This document shows positions 1 to 11,135 of a stretch of DNA of 64,000 nucleotides, piece by piece (the first letter of the stretch is position 1; each line of letters opens with the position of its first letter). The position numbers and the translations under genes were made by a program. Source of the stretch: Leptogorgia sarmentosa (taxonomy: Eukaryota). Location: NCBI GenBank assembly GCA_964658305.1, contig OZ210885.1:10664001-10728000 (forward strand), read 5' to 3'. The notes beneath the pieces were generated by a model. It was not told where the DNA came from, ran no database searches, and saw nothing but the letters and a program-made list of their open reading frames with translations.

Positions 1-323
1 GCTCACATCCAACATTATTTCATTTTACATCTCGTATTTATAATCCCCGTCGCTGTGCATTATCTTTGGCTTAGTTAGATAAATATAGTGCCAATTTTGA
101 CAGCTCACAGATGCAGGAACTTCGGCCCTTGCTACTTGCTGATTATCTATCGACACATTTGCGTTTTGTTTTTATGTCCATTGACATAATACTGTTTTAC
201 CTACAATGTATATTACGATACGTAATTAGTTTGACTTCGTATCATCATATCACGGGGAAAAAATATTTCGTTCAGGTCACACTTCCCATACATAAAAGGA
301 AATGGATGAAAACTTATTATCAA

Positions 324-396
324 ATCCTCATCAGAGAATTAAACTTTGGACCCCTTGTTTACGAAACGAGTGCTCTAACCTCTGAGCCAATGACGC
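324..396 (-). pseudogene. degenerate tRNA-Thr (CGT) copy
   Basis: Aligns by eye with the tRNA-Thr at 1332-1404; anticodon loop reads TTCGTAA; several stem mismatches. Confidence 0.6.
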
Positions 397-1044
397 GACC
401 TGTTAAAATCTTCCTAGCGTGTTTCTTCCAACATTTTCTTTTATTTTCAACACCCTGAACTTCACACTTCATATTCTAAATTTTTGAAGAAAATAAAGCC
501 TTATCAGAGATTGCATGCAAGCTTTTCACCAAATGCACTTGTCATAGAAAAAATTGGCGTACAGTCGAGAGCAAAGTAAACTTGTCACAAAAAAACTTGT
601 CATAGAAAACTTGCTCGTCTGTAAAGGGCTTTAGTCTTTGATTGATTCTTAATATCGAATACATTACAACCAGGTGATCTCGTGTTGGTATTTTAGGCAA
701 TCAGCGCTCGGAAAGGGTTATCCGAATAGAAATCCATTTTGCTATATTCACCCCATTATATGTTTGGTTATTCTTTATGAAACTAGATGAGAAATTATGT
801 TTGGTTATGAGAACTATAGCTTTGAGAAAAATTTGGGTTCGTAATAAGATATATTATGTGAGATATTCAGTTGTTTCAATCGAAAAATGGGTTTCTGTCC
901 GACAGCTAGTCCCAGTCCTTTTCCGTGTATTGAGATCAGCTGGAAGGAAGCGGAACTCTCAAAATCATTTCTCATCATTTCAACTTTCAAAATCATTTCT
1001 CATTCTCAAAACAGTCAAACTGATTTTTTATAACGACGCTATTT

Positions 1045-1122
1045 ACCCCCCACCAGAGGTTTGAACGCTGGACCATTGGTTTACAAGATCAGTGCTCTAA
1101 CCTAGCTGTGAGATAACGAGGC
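1045..1122 (-). pseudogene. degenerate tRNA-Thr (TGT) copy
   Basis: Diverged copy of 1332-1404 with an insertion in the D arm; downstream flank also resembles that of 1332-1404. Confidence 0.55.
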
Positions 1123-1331
1123 TACTTCTCTTCGAAAGAAACTCATGACGTAAATGTAACTATGAGATTAATTTCACAAATGATCACGTGTTTTTCATAT
1201 AACAAGCTTTTTTCAAAAATTGAATTCCGCTCACACCAACTTGTGATGAAATTACAATTGTTCATTTATGGGTATGTTGTAACTGTAAGAACAACTTAGT
1301 AAAAAGGAAATGGATGAACATTTATTCAAAA

Positions 1332-1404
1332 AGCCTCATCAGAGGATTGAACTCTGGACCCCTGGTTTACAAGACCAGTGCTCTAACCACTGAGCTAATG
1401 AGGC
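1332..1404 (-). tRNA. tRNA-Thr (TGT)
   Basis: Reverse complement GCCTCATTAGCTCAGTGGTTAGAGCACTGGTCTTGTAAACCAGGGGTCCAGAGTTCAATCCTCTGATGAGGCT: paired acceptor stem, A box, CTGGT/ACCAG anticodon stem, GTTC T-loop. Confidence 0.85.
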
Positions 1405-1943
1405 AACTTCTCTCCCAAAGAAACTCATATGCATAATGTAAATGTAACTATGGAATTATTTTCACACATGATCACGAGTTTTTCATATAATAAGCTTTTC
1501 TGAAAAAATTGAATTCCATTCACACCAACTGTGATAAAATCACAATTGTTCATTTATGGATATATTGTAGAACAACTTAAGAAAAAGGAAATGCATGAAC
1601 ACTTATGAATGACTTATTCACAAAGCATCATCAGAAAATACCATTGTTCATCTATGGGTGTGTAGTAAGAACAACTTACGTAAAAGGAAATGGATGAACA
1701 CTTATTCATATAGCCTCATCAGAGAATTCAGCTCTGGAGACTGGTTTGCTAGCCTATATACTTTAGCCAATTAAGAAGTCAATTATAATTAATTTCCCGG
1801 GTCGTATAATCACCTATTTTTCATGAAATAAATTCTCCTCAAAAATTTTGTTTCAGGTCACACTTCTCATAGAATCACTAGATAACTTGATACCTTGTAA
1901 CGAATAACCGAAAAACAAAATGGCCATGTATTCTTATTCCCAA

Positions 1944-2022
1944 AGCCCCATCAGATCAGAGAATTGAACACTGTACCCCTAGGTTACGAAACCAGTGTCC
2001 CCAACCCCTGAGCTAATGAGCC
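1944..2022 (-). pseudogene. degenerate tRNA-Thr (CGT) copy
   Basis: Diverged Thr copy with a TCAGA duplication; it lies in a unit similar to about 270-500. Confidence 0.55.
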
Positions 2023-3196
2023 ACCTGTTAAAACCTCCCTAGCGTGTCTCTTCGAACCTAGGTCTCTTCCAATATTTTTTGTTTTTAACACACTGAACTG
2101 CATACCGAATACATTCGGAGCGTTTGTCTTCCCCGTTCCAAATTTCTGAAGAAAACAAGACGCTCCAGGTAGCGTTAACTCGCTGGGGCTACACAAAATC
2201 ACAAATAGGGACGTATATACATTATACTCTGTATCATAGATATAGACATTATGGATTAAAACCAATGGTTTGAAAATGAAACATACTGTAAAAGGCAGAT
2301 ATTCGCAGAAGTTAGTGCAGTTACACTAATATAAGGGTTTGCTGCTCCTACCTACTTCAGTTTTTTAGTTTGCTACCTAGTACAGTGTACAGTGTATAGA
2401 GTGAGGCCTTGTATTGAGGTTGAATAGTACAGAAAGGGTTGAATGATCACAGTTATGAGTAAACCAAATTTGGAAACCATTTAGAACTGTAAGCTTTTGT
2501 GTTTATTTTTATGATTCATATATAAGCCCCTCCCATGCTTATGAACAAATAATATGAGGCCAAGAACGGCTTGTATTCATAAGCGTCCATAGCCCTCGAC
2601 TGCATCATTTCTTCTATTTGCACCGTTCGATCAAAAGGCGTAATACAGGTACACAGAGGTGCTATAAACAAAACAAGAGCCCTGTCTTGCCAAAATTGAG
2701 CAAGGACCACTATAATAAATGTCCTCGATATTGATTCTTTCAACCTTTTTCAAAATGCTCAACGGCATAAAATTGTGGATACAGTCACACAGGGGCGGAT
2801 CCACAATATTTTTTGACCGATGCACTTTGACGTCATATAGCCATGACGTCATCTATGACATCACAACACACGTCACATGACGTCATATTATGACGTCAGT
2901 AGCGTATAATCGCGTATTTACCGCGGCAGCAGAACAAGGCGCACATTGCAAATAACACCGTTGAGCACCGTGACGAGACGTCTAGCAACTTTACCTTTTC
3001 CACAATGCATTTTCCTTCCAGGCAGTAAGGTTGGTGTGACACCAACTCAGGAAGAACATGACAGTACAATTGGAAAAACAAACGCTCAATAATATTTTTC
3101 ACTGCCAAAGAAGAGAAAAAAATTATCAAGCGCCTCCCTTCCCTTGTTTAATATGATGGTCCAGCAACAATGTGCGGGAGTGCCACTGTGCCATAA

Positions 3197-3420
3197 GTAG
3201 TAATAGTTCTAGTTTTCGTCCAACACCAGCAGCAGGAAAGGAGACTTGAGACGAGAATGTAGTAAAATGTTCTAGTTTTCGTCCAACACCAGCAGCAAGA
3301 AAGGAGACTTGAGACGAGAATGTAGTAAAATGTTCTAGTTTTCGTCCAACACCAGCAGCAAGAAAGGAGACTTGAGACGAGAATGTAGTAAAATGTTCCA
3401 GTTATCTTCCAACACCAGCA
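3197..3420. repeat. 63-bp tandem repeat (about 3.5 copies) downstream of the transposase stop
   Basis: GTAGTAAAATGTTC... unit starts at 3259, 3322 and 3385, with a diverged copy near 3197. Confidence 0.9.
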
Positions 3421-3468
3421 CGAGGGTCATGTCCATAATTTTCAGCAGTAGGAGACTAAAGGTAAATT

Positions 3469-5801
3469 TTATGGTTTTTTGGCAGCTTCGTCATCATCAA
3501 GGATGTCGAGAAATTGCATCCTGGTTGGATATTGTCTGGCAAAAGTGTTTATCACTTCTGAGACATCGATCTTGATATCGTCGTGGATGTGCATTAAGGT
3601 CAGTCCGTTGAGCCGTTCATTAACCATCGTAGTCCTCAACCAGGTCTTTGTTCGTCGCAGAGCGGAAACAGATCGCTCGCATTCACATGTGGTAACGGGT
3701 ATGCAGGCAAGGATCTTCAAAGCCGTGAAGATATTTGGAAATGCCACTCGGTTACAATGTCGTAAGGTGTCAGCAATTGAAGAATACTCAATGATTTCTA
3801 AACCTTGCTTCCAGGCGGTCTCCCACATGTCTAACTCGGCATGAATTCTGCGGAGACTTGGTAGGTCATCCTCATAAGCAGCAACAAACTTCATAAATTC
3901 AACTTTCCAGTCGAGATCTTTACAGTGAAGAAAAACAGCAGGAATAACATAAAAACCATTGTATAGGTTACACATCTCAGAAGGAAAACGTGACTCCATC
4001 TCTTCAATAAGGTGATCTAGAAATGGGATGGTAAGTTTTAGTCGGTAATACTCTCTTGGGGTACTTGCAGTGTAGTTTTCCCGAGTAGTTTGGTGCTTGC
4101 AAATACGTGGAGTTTTTTCATCTACTTCAACTTCATTGGCTAATTCCACTGCCTCATCGTAGAACTTGTCATGGTATTCGTCGACTGAAGTGCGCAAGAT
4201 CTTTAACTGTGCTTTTAACAAATTAATTTGCTTGAGGGACTCTGCAATGTCGATTTGCCTCTGCTGCAGTTGGACAGTCAAAGACATGGTGTAATCCAGA
4301 ATGTTCGTTGTGATTACCATCGCCACAATAAACTCAAATGACTCCAGGATGCGAAGGAAGGCACGGGCGTCACTACTCGACCTTTCAAACTCTTTGTTGA
4401 CACCACCAAGCTGCATATACTCCAGGGTTCGGAAAACTGCCTCGAAAGCCTCTAAAAAGCCGTCCAGGGAGGATATTCGTTGAACCCAACGTGTCGTGGA
4501 CGGAGCTGGAAGCTTTCTACGTTTCAAACCAAACTCTTCCATTTTCTTCGATAATAATTGCCCGCGCGGAACGGATGAAAAAAAACTTACCAGTTTCTTC
4601 GCTTGTGATAGCATGTGGCTCACAGCTGGGATGTTACAGGCCTTGGCAACTGCAAGATTTAAACGGTGGCTGGTACAATGAACATAAATGGCTTTAGGAT
4701 TATTCGCCAAAATGCGCCCGGAAACTCCTTTCCTCATGCTGGACATGGCGCTGGCTCCATCGTAGCCTTGCCCCCGACAATTGGCAAGTGGCAGACCAAC
4801 TTCCTTCAACGTGTCCTCTATATTTTTGGCCAATGCTTCACCGGTCAAACCCTCATCACAGTTGACAAACTTTATAAACCTTTCTTGAATCTCATTCTTT
4901 GAGTCCACAAAGCGTATAGTGATTGGCATCTGTTCCTTGTTGCCACAATCTGTTGCCTCATCTGCTAGAACAGAGTAAACTGGGCAATTACTGGTGGTGA
5001 TTTCAGCGATGATTTTTGCTTGAATCTGCTTCCCACAAATCTCAATTAGGCGATTTTGAATGGTCTTGGAACGGTAAGTAGCATTCTTCTTGCATTTTGC
5101 AAAATGCTCTTCCAGCTTCGTGTCTCCTCCAGAAATTCGAAATTGGAGCAGGGCTTGGAAATTACCAGGGTTGGATGAAGTGTAATACTGCGAGTCATCA
5201 CGGTGGCCTCTCAAAGCATAATTCCGCCTGCCAGAAAAAATAACAGCCTCCACTATGGACTGCATTATTCCCCTGTTATACTGTATGCGCTCGCTCCTTA
5301 ACTTGTCAGCTTGCTCATCAATGCCTTTCTTCTCCCCCAACATGATACTTCTGAACTGGGTAAGCTTCATCATTGAATCTTGGTGGACCAAGGATTTTTT
5401 CTCATGCTCCTCCAGCCTTGTTGAAGCACTTTGCCAATTTGTCAATGGCTCTTTAAAAAGCTTTGTTAATTTATCACCATTACGCCCGGTCTGGTGACCA
5501 AACAAAACACATGCAAGGCAGAAGGCACCATCATAAAGCTTCGAATAGCAAAGCCAAGACCAGCGATTAAACCATAGATGAGAAAACTTACGACGAGATT
5601 GCTGTTTGGAGCCAAATTGTCGATAAGGGAAGTTAAATGAGGATGAGGGACGCCAGTGGTTGTCAATAAGATTGAGTTTGACATCATTATCTTTATGTGT
5701 ATGGGGGGAAATGAAGTTCCCAATGTCCAACGGATTAACAGCAGGAACATCAGTTTTCGATTGCTTTGGTGTTAGTGGTTCAGGTTGCAAAACAAGTTTT
5801 C
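3469..5801 (-). CDS. hAT transposase, last exon (TTF-type zinc finger, DUF4371-like DDE core, hAT dimerisation domain; P52rIPK/ZMYM1-like family)
   Basis: Motifs WLCYS..DGAFCLAC, SVLADEATD, GQGYDGAS, VHCTSHRLNL, TRW and CERSVS in an uninterrupted frame; TAG acceptor at 5802-5804. Confidence 0.93.
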
Positions 5802-5919
5802 CTATAATTACATAGGAAGTGACTAATTAACACCCATTGACATTATTAGCATATTTGTTGTTGAATCTTTACAAGAAGAATATGTTCCTAAAATACCTAG
5901 TAAAATTCCTAGTACTTAC

Positions 5920-6033
5920 TTTTTCGTTGTCCTCCTGCTGCTGTTGGAAGATTCCCTGAGACATTCTCAGTCAATTGGTTTGCCTCCTTTTCTGGCACAA
6001 GGTCACTTGAACCACCATCTCGAGCAGATAATT
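5920..6033 (-). CDS. linker exon 3 of the OTU-transposase fusion gene
   Basis: TTTCAG acceptor, GTAAGT donor, 114 nt, phase 1/1, open frame ELSARDGGSS...GGQRK. Confidence 0.75.
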
Positions 6034-6464
6034 CTGAAATAAGAAGAACAGGTGTAGAGTTTAGACTCTACAGTATGTACTAGGTCAAAGTCGAACACCA
6101 AAGGACAGTCACAACATGGATTAGAATTACTTTAGACAAATTAATAATATTTTCTTCTCTCTCTCTTATATATCCTTTAGTGCGGAATGCATATGTACAT
6201 GTATCATTAAATTATAGAATTTAAGTATACATATACATATACAGTATATAAAAAGAAGAAATATTACACATTTATAGCGGAACATGGTAAGTGGTAACTG
6301 TAAGCCACAAGAATATGGATAGCATACAAGAAATATTTTTATATTAATAAACCAGCAATCTAGGCTGTATGCAATTGATGTGAAAATATCAATAGTATAT
6401 AATATATACAGTATGTAAACACATTTATGCTGTAAAAAGACCAAGAAGCTAGTACAGTACACAC

Positions 6465-7369
6465 CTTCACTTCCATTTTCTTTCTTGTTTGTTGCCTTAA
6501 ACAAGTCAGTTATTTTTTGCTGCTGACTGCCCTTCATTGATGATGATGATGTCGGTGCCGATTGAGGTGGTGCTGGTGGTTCCTGTGATGGTGATGATGA
6601 TACTGCTACTTGTATTGGTGGAGGTGCTGCTACTGGCAGTGCTACTGCTTCTGGTAAGGTTGGTGCTGCTGCTGGTGGTACTACTGCTTTTGGTAAGGGT
6701 GGTGGTGGAGGTGGTGTTGGGACTGCTGCTTTTCCTGGTATGCTTGGTGGTGGTGGAGGTAATGGTGGAGGCGGTAGTGCTGCTAGTGGTACCCTGGCCT
6801 TTTCTTTAACTTCCACCAAAGGGACAAAATGGTTGGGCTGAAAGATCTCATTTCCACATGGAAGACTGGACATACTATCCACAGACCAAAGAAGAATGAG
6901 GTCCATCTCTTGAACTACTTTCCCAGAAAAACGTTTGTGCTCTGCTCTTGGGTGAATAACTCCATTTTGGTATTGAGAGTACTTTGTGACTGTGCCTAAT
7001 TTTTCTGGATACACTGACCTGATTGGCATTCCAGTAACTGAAGACAATGCAAACAGACACATTAAGGGAGAAAATGCACCGCTGGTAGCATTTCTAATTG
7101 CCTCTCGTTTTACAACGGCCACTCTGCTGCTTGGATTGTGACGATCATAGCCATCAGCCAGTGCTGAGTCTGAAGCTGTTGCAGAAAAGGCTGTGTTTTC
7201 AGAATTGAAGTGCTGGCTCATGTCTTTCACATAAGGATGGGACGCATAAAACTGCTGGTGTAGGTAGAGCTCAATGCTTGTAAGATCTCGCAATAGATGA
7301 CAGAGATCTTCATTGCCACACAGCAACTTAGAGCAAGCTCTATATAGGCAATTTCCATCACCACGAGTT
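6465..7369 (-). CDS. exon 2 of the fusion gene: vertnin-like OTU cysteine-protease domain plus proline-rich linker
   Basis: After the TTTCAG acceptor it reads TRGDGNCLYRACSKLLCG...LTSIELYLHQQFY...PNHFVPL, then a poly-Pro tract; AG/GTGTGT donor. Confidence 0.8.
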
Positions 7370-7918
7370 CTGAAAGTGGGTAAAGTGATATTATAATCAA
7401 TATCATGGTTAATTGTTAAATAACATGAATTATGACACTAATAGTCTAATCCTGTAATACCATGATAATATTGTAATATTGTAATAAATCCATAGCAATA
7501 TTAGTTACAGTCTCAGTAGTCAGTACCCAGTACCAAATACCAATACATGCCATATTCATTTGCTATAATACCAATCTGTTTGGTTCACAGAGAGACAGAC
7601 ACAAACAGCTGGTATCCTGGTTACTCATTGAATTATATGTATTGATGGAATATGTTATATGTACACATTAAATTTGACGATGTCGAATTGTAAATTTCCT
7701 ATGAAAACAGAGATCACATTCACAAATCAAGTGTGACTGTATCACTGTGAGTCTGTGTCCCATGTTTGACGTTGAATGTTGACATAAATAATATTATATA
7801 TTATATACATAATCCATAGATACTGTAATATTATATCATATGGCTATTACTTTTTACGTGGTAAACATTAAACACATTATGAATTATGAATATATGATAA
7901 TGAGTTTAGCTTCCTTAC

Positions 7919-8166
7919 TTCGCAGCTCGTAACTCGCCACGCTGCCACTTCTGGGTTATGTGCTTCGGGATCAGCATTTCAGCACACAGGTCTCTTGAAT
8001 GCTTTCTGGCACACAAATTCCTTTTCCAAGCCTTCGCCTTGGAAATGATAGCTACAGCTTTCATCTCAAATTCCCGTCGTAAGACATCGATCGCGGATGA
8101 ATTATCCTCTCGAAGTAAAGAGCAAAGGCCATAGCTCATTTGCATATTAATACAACTTGCCGCCAT
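7919..8166 (-). CDS. exon 1 of the fusion gene (MAASCINMQ...ELRAA)
   Basis: AAAATGGCG start context; GTAAGG donor in phase 2, matching exon 2. Confidence 0.7.
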
Positions 8167-10020
8167 TTTTCTTCGAAAATGCAAATTAATGACGAATGTG
8201 ACTGAATACCTTCTGCATCGGTGGGGCGATGCATTGAGCCGCCGTTCTGTAAGAGTGCATCGGTCTGCGTGCAAAATGTAACGTGACGTAGGCCCTAAAA
8301 CAGTGGTTTTGAGCCGTCGTTATGTGAGAGTGCATCGGTCTGCGTGCAAAATGTAACGTGACGTAGCTCTAAAACAATGGTTTTGGTGACGTTTCAGTAC
8401 ATCTCTGCGCGGAAAAGACTAGGGACCGATGCACAACCGATGCACAGGAAATTATGGTCCGGTAACGTGACGTATGGTATGCTTGCCTGAGCCGGACGGA
8501 TACAAATTGGTTTATTCATATTATTAGCGCTGGGCGTTTAGAAACGGAAAAGACGATGATTTGACGCGCAAATTACGGCGGCAACTAGGAAGGTAATATA
8601 AACATGAAGATCGTACTATTTGTCATGCGAATTAGTTTTCTGTGGGTTTATAACGTTTATTATTGGGTTGAATTTTCGCCAAAAGTTAAAGTTTAAATGA
8701 CTTGAGTACTCAGCAATTACTTAATAACACTAAGTACACTTCATTCTTAGCTAAAGTTTCATTTTTTGGAAATTTTGACCGATGCATTCGCATCGGTTGC
8801 ATCGGTCTGGATCCGCCCCTGCAGTCACAGTGTAATTATTAAAAAGAAAGTTCAACTCTAAAATACTGAATCATGTTGCTTCAGAAAGCTTGAAAAAATG
8901 ACTATACAATGTCTCCAATGGATTATCCAACCTTCGAACAACCTGCCTCCGGTGTTTAGTAATGCATCTGCCATACGTACGTGAGTACAATTTCTCACCC
9001 GTAATCAAACGGTGAGATATACGGATTCTCCTTATCACAGAGGATATATCTTACAGAGATATAACTAATATAAATCAATATGAAAAATGCATTTTCACGT
9101 ACCCACTTTTTTTTCAATGCGATCGGCAAAAAATGATCAACTGCGCATGCTTGGCAAGTTTAAATTTAGTCGTCATCAGGTCGTCATCCAATCAGATGCA
9201 CGCATCTAGTAACTTGCCGAGCATGCGCACAAAAATAGTGGGTACAACAGTTACAACTCTGTATGTATATACTCTGTGTCCTTCTTGCACATTAAGTAGG
9301 CAGTTATACATATTTCACACTGTCACCTGAGTACACTCTACACTCACACTGGCATACTGTAGTTCTCACGGACTGTTGTTCGATAAAATTCATATCGTTA
9401 CGACACCAAAATGCATGCTTTTCATAAAGTAGTTAGTTATGCTAACTACGTTGTGCAGTTTAATTAAGTTATAACCTTTTACCTTGAAATTCGGAATATT
9501 ATTATTCGGATTTAGTATTATGATCGACGTGCACCGGTGAAAAACCCATTAAACACGCTACCATGAATGTGCAGAGTTGGACACAATTCAAAATCCATAG
9601 AAAACAAGTACAATTTGTTCAAAATTTTCACCAAATTGTTCAAAACACTTTGCTCACTCCATGAAAGATCCGCCATTTTGAAAAGGTCATTAGGTCAAGC
9701 GGCCATTGAAGCAGCTCATTAATATTCTATTTTGTGGCTATCGATCCACTATCCAAGAAAAATTCGAGCCGAAACCTATACTCGCCTGGGCACAGAGTGC
9801 CCCAGCGAGTAATTACACTTGTTCTCGAAGTATTAATGATAAATTGCACGCGTGTTTGGCGAAATACCGCTAAACGTCCCACTCCTTACAACAATTTTAC
9901 AAAAAAATGAGGACATTTCCTTTCAAAGTTGATCTATTTATCCAAATTCAATATCACCAAGAATTTTTTTCAGGTTTTTTACTGAAAAATTTCAAAGAAA
10001 AAATCTCTCCAATCAAAAAA

Positions 10021-10090
10021 GCCCGCCCAGGTTCGAACTGAAGACCTTGCGCGTGTTAAGCGCGTGTGATAACCACTACACTACAGAAAC
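10021..10090 (-). pseudogene. tRNA-Val (AAC) copy with damaged 3' acceptor stem
   Basis: Near-identical to 10407-10479 but lacks the GGAAACA 3' end. Confidence 0.7.
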
Positions 10091-10223
10091 GGGCTTACCC
10101 GCATACATTGAAATAAATTTATTCACTTTAATTAATTTTTCTCTTTTTTATTATTGAAAATTTCAAATTTCAATATTGAAATTTTCAAAAAAAAATATCT
10201 CGAGTTAAAAAAGCCCATATGTA

Positions 10224-10296
10224 TGTTTCCGCCCAGGTTCGAACTGAGGACCTTGCGCGTGTTAAGCGCATGTGATAACCACTACACTGCGGAAAC
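10224..10296 (-). tRNA. tRNA-Val (AAC)
   Basis: GTTTCCG/CGGAAAC acceptor stem, AAC anticodon, GTTCGAA T-loop; C instead of T at position 8. Confidence 0.8.
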
Positions 10297-10406
10297 TAAC
10301 ATTTGCAGAAAAATAAAAATGGATGTATTGACTTTAATTAATTTTTCTCTTTTTTATTGAAAATTTGCAAAGAAAAAATATCTGCACTTAACAAAGCTCA
10401 TATGCA

Positions 10407-10479
10407 TGTTTCCGCCCAGGTTCGAACTGAGGACCTTGCGCGTGTTAAGCGCATGTGATAACCACTACACTACGGAAAC
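10407..10479 (-). tRNA. tRNA-Val (AAC)
   Basis: GTTTCCGTAGTGTAGTGGTTATCACATGCGCTTAACACGCGCAAGGTCCTCAGTTCGAACCTGGGCGGAAACA forms a full cloverleaf. Confidence 0.9.
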
Positions 10480-10589
10480 TGACCTATGCGCAAACATAGA
10501 AACATATTTATTCTGTTTAATTAGTTTTTTTGGTTTTTATTGGAATTTTCCAGAGAAAATACATCTCTATTTAAAAAAGCTCATATGTA

Positions 10590-10661
10590 TGTTCCGCCCA
10601 GGTTCGAACTGAGGACCTTGCGCGTGCAAAGCGGACGTGATAACTACTACACTACAGAAAC
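10590..10661 (-). pseudogene. tRNA-Val-derived copy with TGC anticodon and stem mismatches
   Basis: Val body, loop reads TTTGCAC, 1-nt deletion in the acceptor stem. Confidence 0.65.
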
Positions 10662-11063
10662 CAACTGGAAGAAAATTACAAAACCGAGACAAAATTCTGG
10701 AGAAATGAATCGATGCAACAAAAAATATGACTGAAACAAATTCATGGAGATGCAGGTCCTAGCCAGATTTAAACTGGGGCCCTTGCAATGTGAGAAGCAT
10801 GTAGTAACAAGTGCACTGCACGAAATGTATAGCAATCCCTCACTTTCACCCTCCAAAACACTAACGAGATAATACCAGGGGTCCAGTGTTCAAGTCTCTG
10901 ATGAGGCTTTATTTTCTACGAAAACTTTGAAGAACGTGGAAGACAAACTCCCAGATTGTACGAGTTTGTATTTGAATGTAAAATTGAAAAAACAGAGGTC
11001 CGTGAATTGATTATAGCTGCGTTTGAAAGTATATGTACGTAATTCACCTAGTAGACTACAACA

Positions 11064-11135
11064 GGGAGTGTAGCTCAGTGGTAGAGCATTCGACTGCAGA
11101 TCGAGAGGTCGGTGGTTCAAATCCGCCCGCTCCTT
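11064..11135 (+). tRNA. tRNA-Cys (GCA)
   Basis: GGGAGTGTAGCTCAGTGGTAGAGCATTCGACTGCAGATCGAGAGGTCGGTGGTTCAAATCCGCCCGCTCCTT: cloverleaf with GCA anticodon. Confidence 0.88.

Larger units (their letters stand above)
2790..8821 (-). mobile_element. complete hAT DNA transposon
   Basis: 14-bp perfect TIRs CAGGGGCGGATCCA / TGGATCCGCCCCTG; perfect 8-bp TSD CAGTCACA (2782-2789, 8822-8829); repeated subterminal GACCGATGCA motif; internal transposase gene. Confidence 0.95.
2156..9810 (-). mobile_element. non-autonomous Helentron-like (HINE/DINE-1 type) element, about 1.6 kb of own sequence, interrupted by the hAT transposon
   Basis: 12-bp subterminal inverted repeats ACTCGCTGGGGC (2178-2189) and GCCCCAGCGAGT (9799-9810). 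The right one forms a hairpin with 9780-9793. The left one has a small hairpin ACGCT-N6-AGCGT and a CTTG end on the minus strand. Both ends abut TT/AA. Confidence 0.6.

Noticed and set aside
3197..3420. Possible CRISPR array
   Set aside because: Head-to-tail repeats without unique spacers, no cas genes, eukaryotic context.
6537..6809. Hydrophobic + strand ORF (MMMMMSVP...)
   Set aside because: It is the antisense shadow of the Pro/Ala-rich linker exon.
10154..11120. Short ORFs such as MFPPRFELRTLRVLSACDNHY
   Set aside because: They are translations of tRNA genes read antisense.
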